Assembly (NCBI RefSeq): GCF_044704955.1
Contig: NC_091977.1
Coordinates: 38,564,001-38,628,000 of the forward strand
Source: Pristiophorus japonicus
Taxonomy: Eukaryota
Direction: 5' to 3'
DNA length: 64,000 nt
Part shown: in pieces, positions 35,689 through 46,622 of the stretch
Position numbering within the stretch: the stretch's first letter is position 1
Layout: each line of letters opens with the position of its first letter
Notes under the pieces: model-generated
What the model was told of the DNA's origin: nothing
Database searches by the model: none
The model's input: only the letters and a program-made list of their open reading frames with translations
Program-made: the position numbers and the translations under genes

Positions 35689-37712
35689 AAAGAACATAAG
35701 AAATCAGAGCAGGAGTCGGCCATACGGCCCCACGAACCTGCTCCGCCATTCAACATTATGGCTGATCTGATCATAGACGCAGCTCCACTTCCCCGTCCGC
35801 TCCTCATAACCCCTTATGACCTTATCGTTTAAGAAACTGTCTATTTCTGTCTCAACTTTATTCAATGTCCCAGCTCCCATCGCTCTCTGAGGCAGCAAAT
35901 TCCATAGATTTACAACGTACTGAGAGAAGAAATTTCTCCTCATCTCTGTTTTAAATGGGCGGCCCCTTATTCTAAGTTAATGGCCTCTAGTTCTAGTCTC
36001 CCCCGTCAGTGGAAACATCCACTCTGCATCCACCTTTTACACGTTTCGATAAGATCACCTCTCATTCTTCTTAATTCCAATGAGTGGAGACCCAACCTAC
36101 TCAACCTTTCCTCATAAATCAACCCTCCCATCTCCAAAATCAACCTAGTAAATCTTCTCTGAACTGCCTCCAAAGCAAGTATATCCTTTCGTAAATATGG
36201 AAACCAAAACTGCACGCAGTATTCCAGGTGTGGCCTCACCAATACACTGTATAGCTGTAGCAAGACTTCGCTGCTTTTATACTCCATCCCCTTTGCAATA
36301 AAGGCCAGGATACCATTGGCCTTCCTGATAACTTGCTGCACCTGCATACTATCCTTTTGTGTTTCATGCACAAGTACCCCCAGGTTCCGCTGTACTGCAG
36401 CACTTTGCAATCTTTCTCCATTTAAATAATAACTTGCTCTTTGATTTTTTTCTGCCAAAGTGCATGACCTCACATTTTCCAACATTATACTCCATCTGCC
36501 AAATTTTTGCCCACTCACTGAGCCTGTCTATGTCCTTTTGCAGATTTTTTGTGTCCTCCTCACACATTGCTTTTCCTCCCATATTTGTATCGTCAGCAAA
36601 CTTGGCTACCTTACACTCAGTCCCTTCTTCCAAGTCATTAATATAGATTGTAAATAGTTGGGGTCCCAGCACCGATCCCTGCGGCACCCCACTAGTTACT
36701 GGTTGCTGCCCAGAGAATGAACCATGTATCCCGATTCTCTGTTCTCTGTTAGTTAGCCAATCCTCTATCCATGCTAATATATTACCCCCAACCCCATGAA
36801 CTTTTATCTTGTGCAGTAACCTTTTATATAGCACCTTGTCAAATGCCTTCTGGAAGTCCAAATACACCACATCTACTGGTTCCCCTTGATCCACCCTGTT
36901 CATTACATCCTCAAATGATTCCAGCAGTTTTGTCAAACATGACTTCCCCTTCATAAATCCATGCTGAATGCCTAACCAAATTTTGCTTTTGCAAATGTCC
37001 TGCTATTGCTTCTTTAATAATGGACTCCAACATTTTCCCCACCACAGATGTTAGGCTAACTGGTCTATAGTTTCCTGCTTTTTGTCTGCCTCCTTTTTTA
37101 AACAGGGGCGTTACACTTACAGTTTTCCAATCTGCTGGGAGCTCCCCAGAATCCAGGCAATTTTGGTAAATTACAACCAATGCATCCACAATCCCTGCCG
37201 TTACTTCTCTTAAGACTCGAGGTTCAGGGGATTTATCTGCTTTTCGTCCCTTTCTCTTACTGAGTACCACCTTCTTAGTGATTGTGATTGTGTTAAGTTC
37301 CTCCCCCGCTATCCCCCTTGACTATCCACTGTTGGAATATTGTTAGTGTCCTCTACCGTAAAGATGATACAAAATATTTGTTCAGAGTTTCTGCGATCTC
37401 CATGTTCCCCATTACTAATTCCCCGGTCTCGTCCTCTCAGGGACTAACATTTACTTTAGCCAGTCTTTTCCTTTTAATATACCTATAGAAACTCTTGCTA
37501 TCTGTTTTTTATATTTTGTGCTAGTTTACTTTCATAATCTATCTTCCTTTTCTTAATCATTTTTTTAGTCATGCTTTGCTGACTTTCAAAAGCTTCCCAG
37601 TCTTCTGTCCTCGTTACTAGTTTTGGCCACTTTGTATGCCCTTGTTTTAATTGGATACCATTCTTTATTTCTTTAGTTAGCCACAGATGGCTATCTTTTC
37701 TCTTACACCCGT
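35689..37712 (-). mobile_element. CR1 LINE, (TTCTTATG)n subfamily, 5'-truncated, with 11-bp TSD
   Basis: Minus-strand ORFs 36911-37270, 36364-36954 and 36006-36518 carry RT motifs; ACAGCCTTCAT is repeated at 35678-35688 and 37713-37723. Confidence 0.95.
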
Positions 37713-38440
37713 ACAGCCTTCATCATCCATAAAAAACCTTGTGAACTGACATTCCCATCTAGGTAATGAATTTTACTAGCGTGTGAGGTACAGTAAATAA
37801 AGAGGAAATTTACATGACACGCAGTTTAGCGTATTATGGCTCTGAGAATCTGTGGGGATGTCACCGGTCGCCTGGCAGAACTCCATTGGAAAATAGCAGA
37901 GACTCGGATATACCGAATCTACACCAAAGCCGGGATTTTCCAGCATGCCATTCAGAGTAAATATCAGGGAGCAGGAACTCCTTACATCATGAGTTCCAGA
38001 TCCCACTTCCCTGACTCATTCAGGACCCAGTTTAGTTCTGGAGGCTGGTACTGCAGATGGTTGGAAGTGGGCCCCGGAGGGGATTGGGTGGGGGGGCGCG
38101 GTGGGGGTTCCAGATTATGGCAAGTAATCTAGGCACCTGATGGAATTTGCAGTTTTTAAAAGAAGTATCTTGATTGCGCCACTTATCCAAGGAGCCAAGT
38201 GGGACATGGTTAGAGTCTAAGGGGAAGCCAGAGGCCATCCCATTGGCGGTCAGGTGCCCAGTTTTCCGGTTACGTGGGACAGGAGCTGCCGGAAATGCAT
38301 CGGCATTAACGCTGCCTGCCCCGTCCAATTTAATCATCCTCCCTCTGATCCCGCAAGCACTGGCAGCATCAGCGCCACAGTGCAACGGGGAGATACGGTC
38401 CTGACCTAAACACCACCTCCTGAGGCTTCTCCGAGCCGAA

Positions 38441-39156
38441 GGGCTCTAAATTCAATGCCTTTGTATCTCCCAAGAGCGCCTCCGGGGGCGCTAACGGGGC
38501 GCAAATGCCTTGGCATCCGGGCGAGAAGCTGGCAACGACTCCCGCCATATTAGGAGATCGGAGATCGTGACATCATCGCTGCGCACATCGCCCCGTTAGC
38601 ACCCTGGCCTCAAAATTCATTTTCGCCCCCTGCAGCAGCACCAGGCAAAAACACCGACAGCTACAGGAGGTGCAGATCGGGCTGCCGTCCGCGACCGGGG
38701 TGAAAATTAAAGGCGAGGTGGCCGATAGAAAATTTAAAAAAAACATAGGTTGGCTTTCCTGCTGCTGTTCTGTTTTCTTTGCGGAGTCCTGCCCGTGATC
38801 GCTCAGCTCAGCACTCTGCTTGAGTGCCGGGCTAATCGCCGTGCATCACTGCTCCATTGTGATCCAGGTAGGTCACTTTTTCATTTGAAGAGTCAGCAGC
38901 GTGGGCCCTTTCCTTTAATGAGGGAATGGGCCCCTTGGACACGGCAACGCTGCATGCCCCAGTGTGCAGCGCTGCTGAGGTGTCCGCCCTGTTAGCGCTC
39001 CAAGAAGGAAGTGGAGCGCTTGATTTAGCGCTTCACTTCCTTCCGGGGGTAATAACCCGAATTTTTTGCAAGGTGTGAGACTTCAACGCATGGCGCTGTG
39101 TTTTGCATCTCCCAACTGTTACTGCTCCCAAACGGGGTGATAATGAACTTAACCCC
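38441..39156. mobile_element. GC-rich PIF/Harbinger-like MITE, preceded by other GC-rich repeat remnants from ~37795
   Basis: Termini GGGCTCTAAATTCA / TGAACTTAACCCC followed by TAA; internal motifs (gacatcatcgc, cctttaa) resemble the 22.7/24.2-kb family. Confidence 0.55.
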
Positions 39157-39245
39157 TAAGTGCTTTCTTCTTTAAGAATTAAAGTAATAGCATACTGTAT
39201 GGAACTGAACCAGACAGACGAGGTTATGAGAGCAAAACATAAAGC

Positions 39246-40397
39246 AGAAGATAAAGGTACACGGAGACAGAGGAAATGTATTAGCATGGATAGAGAATTG
39301 GCTGGCTAACAGAAAGCAGAGAGTCGGGATAAATGGGTCCTTTTCGGGTTGGAAATCGGTGGTTAGTGGTGTGCCACAGGGATCGGTGCTGGGACCGCAA
39401 CTGTTTACAATATACATAGATGACCTGGAAGAGGGGACAGAGTGTAGTGTAACAAAATTTGCAGATGGCACAAAGATTAGTGGGAAAGCGGGTTGTGTAG
39501 AGGACACAGAGGGGCTGGAAAGAGATTTAGATAGGTTAAGCGAATGGGCTAAGGTATGGCAGATGGAATACAATGTTGGAAAATGTGAGGTCATCCACCT
39601 TGGGAAAAAAAACAGTAAAAGGGAATATTATTTGAATGGGGAGAAATTACAACATGCTGCGGTGCAGAGAGACCTGGGGGTCCTTGTGCGTGAATCCCAA
39701 AAAGTTAGTTTGCAGGTGCAGCAGGTAATCAGGAAGGCGAATGGAATGTTGGCCTTCATTGCGAGAGGGATGGAGTACAAAAGCAGGGAGGTCCTGCTGC
39801 AACTGTATAGGGTATTGGTGAGGCCGCACCTGGAGTACTGCGTGCAGTTTTGGTCACCTTTCTTAAGGAAGGATATACTAGCTTTGGAGGGGGTACAGAG
39901 ACGATTCACTAGGCTGATTCCGGAGATGAGGGGGTTACCTTATGATGATAGATTGAGTAGACTGGGTCTTTACTCGTTGGAGTTCAGAAGGATGAGGGGT
40001 GATCTTATAGAAACATTTAAAATAATGAAAGGGATAGACGAGATAGAGGCAGAGAGGTTGTTTCCACTGGTCGGAGAGACTAGAACTAGGGGGCACAGCC
40101 TCAAAATACGGGGGAGCCAATTTAAAACCGAGTTGAGAAGGAATTTCTTCTCCCTGAGAGTTGTGAATCTGTGGAATTCTCTGCCCAAGGAAGCAGTTGA
40201 GGCGAGCTCATTGAATGTATTCAAATCACAGATAGATAGATTTTTAACCAATAAGGGAATTAAGGGTTACGGGGAGCGGGCGAGTAAGTGGAGCTGAGTC
40301 CACGGCCAGATCAGCCATGATCTTGTTGAATGGCGGAGCAGGCTCAAGGGGCTAGATGGCCTACTCCTGTTCCTAATTCTTATGTTCTTATGTTCCT
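39246..40397 (+). mobile_element. Young CR1 3' portion with uninterrupted RT-to-C-terminus frame
   Basis: ORF 39359-40297 (312 aa: [40 protein letters not shown]); (TTCTTATG)n tail; many CpGs retained. Confidence 0.95.
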
Positions 40398-41273
40398 ATT
40401 CTCATTCACTTTCGTTAACTGGTGACAATTGCACAAGATGCATATGCATAGGGCTAGGCTTAGCTGTGATAGATCTCTGAGTTCACGAGATCACCAACAT
40501 TCAGTGTCCAGGCTTTGATAAGAGGAATGGCCATCAGAGGGCTGCGAGCATCCACGGAACCATATGATGGTCATTATTCTTATCCACACCTGAAGTAAAA
40601 GGAATTCTCATACACTTATTTTTAGTCTTCCCTCCAAATGTGGTTACCTTCAAGAGAGGAGTAAGTAGAAATAATTGGAGGTAAACAAAAAAAACACAGT
40701 TTATGGGAATTCCCTTTCCTTCAGTGCAAGATGACCTATCCTTCCCCCCCATGCCTCTGACTTTTAAATCCAGTCAATCTGCAAACTTCTTCATTGCACC
40801 CCCCCCCCCCCATTGAGATGTGTGATGCAATTTCATTATAAGAATGGTCATAAAGATAAAATACCTCCTCAATCCATTTCATCACAATTTATGGGCATGT
40901 CACCATTGAATTAATTGCTGTGGGTATTCTATGCCTTGCATTCAAACTGGTGATATGTCGAAAACACATCTTTAATAGAAATTTTATATTGAAGATTTCA
41001 GCTGTGTATATTTTAGCCTTGAGGCTCATTCTGTATTATTTTATTTCCGAGCAATTGTGCGTCCTCGTCGCACAGAGCCCTTGTTTCACTGGAGCCTATC
41101 ACCATGTGACATCAAACAATGAAATTATTTAGTGAATGGGAGGAGGGGGGGAGCTTGAAATAAAATGGAAAATCCCATTCTCACAGATGAAGTAATTTGT
41201 ATAGAATAGAAAGAATTTTAATTTTTTTTTTTCTGCTACCGACTGCTTCAATATTTTGACTTTCTTTCAACAG

Positions 41274-41327
41274 GCACTCGAATCAATAACCATTCAGTGA
41301 ACATTGGGTTGGTGCCAGAAAATAACC
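41274..41327 (+). other. Candidate 54-nt symmetric (phase 1-1) cassette exon
   Basis: Long T-rich tract plus ttgactttctttcaacAG acceptor, ACC|GTGAGT donor; only one frame open (TRINNHSVNIGLVPENN); lies in apparently repeat-free sequence. Confidence 0.35.
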
Positions 41328-44112
41328 GTGAGTCTAAACTTTTATTCTCATTTGCAGAATAAGTGTGGGGTTTTCGCGTTTTGTTCCCTATTACCATTTT
41401 CATTGTGTTTATTGATAAACAAGAGTTCATTCAGTTGGAAGGTTTATTAATATTCATTATCCTAACTGAATTGCTAATTTTGTCATCAAGTTTAATGCCC
41501 GAATGAGGCAGTAGAAAAATGTATTTACTCTGGAGTGAGAGAGAAACATTTTACGATTGCTGATAAAATATTGAAGGATATATTTAACAACAAAAGATTA
41601 GAAAGGGCTCACTGAGTTCTGCCAATGCACTGTGTGATGTTGTACCAAGCTCTGCCAACAAGAAATGCACAAATTTCAACCCTGGGTCTGTCCTAAGTTA
41701 TCAGATCTAAGCTGGAATGGTGGTAAGGGCATGATGATTGACATCGCTGTTCCCAAGTCACGGTGCTGGAAGTCCCGATAGCTATCCAATGACTCCTGCC
41801 AGAAAAGTATGTGGGTGTATTCAACATGCAAAAGATGGGATTAGCACTAAATTGTGATGCCCTACAGCCAAAGAACCTGTCAGCATTCCACATCTAGAAT
41901 TGACATGACGACTGTTTATTGGGCAAGGTTGCGGAGGGCTGCAGGTGAACATGGAGCCCTGTTTCAGCGTGGGTCATTGCTTTCTGGCAAGATAATTGGG
42001 GGTGGGATGCAGTGAGAGAAAGAAGATACTCTCTGCCCAAACTGTTCTGAGAGACGGTGCTTTAGGAAAATAATAATGGAAGAAGTGGGCTGAAAAGACA
42101 GAATAATCTATGCATGTTGACACGAAAAATGTACAGAATTGTTTTGCGCTCTCATTTTGCTGGGCTTTTATCTTAACTGAAGACAATTTATTCCACTCTG
42201 TCTAAACCGGAATATCTAAAACAAATCCCATGTCACTTTATTATTTGACACAATTTTGTGACAGTTACTTTGTTTTCAGTTATTGAATGTGCTTGCCATT
42301 GCCCCAAAGCATTCCTTGTGCATACAGATGCTTTGGAACAAGACATCCTTGATCATTGATCTTTCCCAGTGATTTAAGCCACCAAGAACAGCTGCTGAAA
42401 CTGAAACTATCCTCAGATGTCGAACTGGGATAGTTAGAGATTCCCAATTGATGGTAAGAACCAGAGGGTCCTCAAAGCTTTGAAGGTAGCTTAAGATTGG
42501 ATTGTAGAAGCAAGCTTTACCCTACAATAGATGCAAGCCTTGCATTGCACTCGATTCCCTTTGCTCTCCTCCTCACATGAAAGAGCTGGCCTACCATGAT
42601 GCACAGGTCCACAGGCACTAGCCAGCTCCCAGGACCTCAAACAAATGGCCATTCTTCAGGTATGAGCACAAACAGAGAGTGTCAGCAGTTTATTTGATCG
42701 CTGCGGACAAAGGCCATACTGTCTTCAGCCAGATAGATGCACACAAATATTTTTGCAGTATGCAGCACTGGATTTCAATCCAGGCTAGTGGATATTTCTC
42801 ATGCCCAGTCCCTAGGTCAGCTAACACTGCACCGTCTGGGAATTAAAACCTTCTGCAATAGATTCTATCTTAAGTTCCCTCAAACTGTATTTGTTTAACT
42901 GTCGGAAATAAAAAAACTTTTATAAGCAAGAACCTTTTTGAATCTTTGAAATACTATCCCAGAAATGATGATAATAAATATATCTATTTTTGAGCCTAAC
43001 TGGCTATTAAACAACCAACAACTCACCTTGTAAGATATTTGATATATTGCTAGCCATGACAGATTTTAATTGTAACATGTATAGAAGTCTAGAAATTACC
43101 ATTGATAATATCAGCAGTTCAAAAATTAATGCGTCCATATGACATTTCTTTGTCTGATATTTTAGCGGAGTTGTTAACCCATTGAAAATATCTCCTATAT
43201 TAAGGCAACTAAGGAACTAAAAATATTCCTTTTGTAGCTGAAGAAATCCATTGAAACTGCTTTGCAATATCACTTAATTGTGCCAGTGGTATTATTTTTA
43301 GGCATAAATAAATTGAAATAAAAGTTCTACGCATTAGAGCAAAGATAATTCCTCTTGCGATCTTGAAGAGTTCCATGTTGGAAATCCATTAGGTTCTAAG
43401 AGGGGCACCGGGTCCTTGCATTGGCTGAGCATTTGTGGAATATCACATGACTTAGACATCTGACACGTCACCTCAACATCTGGAACCTTGAAACAAAATG
43501 AAACGATAACAACAGATGTTTCTGGAAGTGGGCAGCAGGTCAATTGGGATCTGAAATAAAGAGATAAGTGAACAGGTTGGATGAGATCCTTTATCGTAGT
43601 CATCTAAGTCAGACCTTAGATAAGGCATTGGAAAGACAAAAATTGATGAGTCAGACATGGTTCGAAATTGGAAAGTAAAGCAGCACTATCTGTGCGCAAG
43701 AATGTAGCACGAAAAGACCCACCTGCTGTGCGATACCATCAATACCTGTTCATTTATTTTGATTTCAGGTTTTGTTATCTTCACATTTCTGTACAACTGT
43801 CAAACCCTGTTAAAGTGAATGAAAGGTTTACCCAAATAAACTTTTTTGTTTGTGAAGAATATTCATTCATCAGAAATGCACAATGAGGTTGAACTTTCAC
43901 TGGTGTGCTGTTTAACAAACCCATGTAAAGTTCCTGTGTGTGCCATTTCAACTACCTGTCAACCTTTTCATTTTAAACTGTTTGATGACTTTATGTAAAA
44001 TAGTGCCCATATGTATTTTAGGCAACACATTAACTAGTGCACTAAAAATAGTACTCAGTGCCACTTCAACTGCTGTGCAATGCACAGGTACTAATTTTTT
44101 GCTGTTTAGATA

Positions 44113-44740
44113 CAGTTGAGTGTCCTGAATCCAGCAACCTCAGGACCAAGGCCGAGCCGGTTTTCGTGTTTTTCCGGACTTCGGAACGTGTTTCTGACGT
44201 CCGAAATCCGGAAACAACCGAGCCCAGGTTTGGGTATTTCCAGATTTCGGAACGTCAGAAATGGGTGGGGGGTTGGTGGTGGGTTGGTCTCCGAGGACCT
44301 GTTCGGGTCGCCGGCTCCATCCAGGAGGTTGTCGGGCAGGGCCCAACCGCCATGGAGGTGTTCAGGCGGGCCCCGCTGGGAAGAAGGCGTTTGCGTGGGC
44401 CCCGCCGTTGTGGAGGTGCTCGGGCGGGTCCTGCCAAGGAGGTTGTCGGGCCAGCGAGCCCTGCCAAGGAGTTTGTCGTCGGGCAGGGCCCTGCCAAGGA
44501 TGTCGGGCAGGCTGGCCCCGCCGAGGAGGTGTTCGAGCAGGCCGGCGAGGAGGCCCCGAGGTAAGGGCGATGAGGCAAGCGACCGTGAGGCAAGGCCATA
44601 GGTCGGGCAACGGTGAGGCCCCGAGGTCGGCAGGGTCGTCCGGTCCTGATTCCGGAACATTTTACGGATTCCGGATGACCCTGCCACATATTGTCCCGGA
44701 GTCCGGATTCCGGAACTCCAGATTTTGGACGCTCAACCTG
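44113..44740 (+). mobile_element. Tigger/pogo-like MITE with internal degenerate ~28-30-nt GC-rich tandem repeats
   Basis: TA|CAGTTGAGTGTCC.GAATCC ... GATTTTGGACGCTCAACCTG|TA; subterminal TCCGGA repeats; internal units like ctgccaaggaggttgtcgggcagggcc at 44300-44640. Confidence 0.88.
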
Positions 44741-45027
44741 TACATACGTATGGTTTCACTTGTAACGAGTGCCATCCTTCTGCAGTGTAAATGGAAGTTG
44801 CTCTAATTTATTTTTCAAAAGTAAATATATAAAATCCTGGAAACGACTGCAAGCAATCTCACCATACAAATGCTCATAGGTTTTTTTTTTCTTCATTATT
44901 TTAACAATGGCATCAACTTGTTTCTTTAAAATGGGCTAACGTATTCATTTAAATAGAAAAGCATTTGATGTGTATGCATAAAGCATTCATAAATTAACGT
45001 TTTCTCACTAATTTAAAGATTATAATC

Positions 45028-46073
45028 GGGCCCAAAATAGCCACCATTTAAGTCCATTTTATTTTGAGCTAAAAGTGTTTTTTGGAGCAATGTTAATTTA
45101 AAATGGTTTTTCTAGTTTCGCCAATGGTATAATGCCGTCCTTAACAGATCACGGCCGTTTTTTAAAGTATTCTGACGTCACTCGGGGTCAAATCCACCCA
45201 TAACGCCATTTTTGCCTGTTTTTGCGAGTTTCGCCAATAAGGATCTTTTTAAGGACAGCGCTACGGACCACTTTTTAAAACCTTGCCTTACCACGGAGTT
45301 TGATCGAAATCGGTGTTACCGACACCATCTTGGGAAATGGAGCTGAGTTATGGCTTTTGGAGGGAGGGAACAAAACTTATATTCTATACAAACTTATATT
45401 ATATACTACTTAAAAATGTTTGTGTGGAGGGAAAATACAAATCTTATTGCAGTTCAAAATCGAAATTACGAGAGGCACTTAAGTTCCACCACCGAACTGT
45501 TGATGTCCTGTCTCCGCTGCTCACCGGGCTCGAGGCACACAGGGTCGGAGCGCCGGCTGGCAGAATCGCTCCCTTGGCCGGACACAGGAGCTCGGCTTCG
45601 AAAGAAGCCCGGGAGAGGTGGCAGCCAAGCGCCGAGCTCCTGCGACCGAGAGAGTGATCCTATCGGCCGGCGCTCCGACCCTGTGTGCCTTGAGCTCGGT
45701 GAGCAACGGAGACGCAACATCAACAGTTCGGTACAAACATTTAAATTGTACATTTTTCCCCCTGTGTTGATTTTCTCTGTTGTATTCTCTGGCCAAAATC
45801 TCTGCCGGCTCGAAATTGTGCATTGCGTTACCCTGGAAACCTAAATGCTTCGAGTCGAGTGTTACGCATGCGCAGAACGGGCCTCACCTTTTCAGCGCAA
45901 AAACTAGCTCCGTCCTCAAAACCGGAGGTATTTCTGTGCTGCGCCAAAATGCAAAATAATTTGGGCGCGACTTTGGACCATTTTGGGGGCGTTATTTTGG
46001 ACTAAAAAAACAGATGTTAATCTGAAATAACGCCATAAAACGAAGCTATTTTACAATGTAGAATTTTGGGCCC
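45028..46073. mobile_element. PIF/Harbinger-like MITE with central long hairpin
   Basis: Perfect 11-bp TIR GGGCCCAAAAT / ATTTTGGGCCC; further subterminal inverted similarity (agtcca....at / attttggact); internal inverted repeat at 45491-45732. Confidence 0.75.
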
Positions 46074-46184
46074 TATATTCTTTGTGTTTCCAATACTGCA
46101 TCAGTCAAGGGTACTGTCTCTATATTTTACAAGCATGAAGGTTTTGGGATTTGAAAGGAAACAGTTAAGAACACAAATACAAAT

Positions 46185-46622
46185 AACAGAAAGTTAACAT
46201 GCAGGTACAGCAAACAATTAGGAAGGCAATTGGTAAGTTAGCCTTTATTGCAAGAAGGTTGGAGTATAAGCATAAGGAAGTCTTGCTGCAATAATCTAGG
46301 GCTTTGCTGAGACCACATCTGAGTACTTGTATAATTTTGGGCCGAGAAATTTGTCTCAGAGAGTGGTTCAAACAGGACGGTATCGCATCGGCTGCCCATT
46401 ATACGCAGTGCCTGATATTCTGTTCCATTCTATGGAATTCTCTACCCAAGAGAGCTGTGGATGCTCATTCGTTGAGTATATTCAAGATTGGGATTGATAC
46501 ATTTTTAATCACTAAGGGAATTAAGGGATATGGGGTAGTGTGGGAAAGTGGAGCTGAGGTAGAAGATCAGCCATGATCTTACTGAATGGCAGAGCAGGCT
46601 CGAGGGGCCGAATGACCTCCTC
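46185..46622 (+). mobile_element. CR1 3' fragments with a short unrelated insert (~46339-46425); tail resumes at ~48843
   Basis: MQVQQ.IRKA.G.LAFIAR remnant, then LWNSLP..KGIKGYG and 3' UTR; cttatgttct tail lies after the RTE insertion. Confidence 0.75.

Noticed and set aside
43028-43550. Minus-strand splice-like signals (acceptor at ~43551, donor at ~43027)
   Set aside because: They do not pair into a convincing exon with a recognisable peptide, and such signals are expected by chance in AT-rich DNA.
44058-44806. Dense overlapping ORFs in GC-rich MITEs (also at 16.1-17.4, 22.8-24.8, 38, 45.3-45.8, 52 and 59.5 kb)
   Set aside because: High GC content suppresses stop codons; no transposase (DDE/HTH) or other recognisable motifs.
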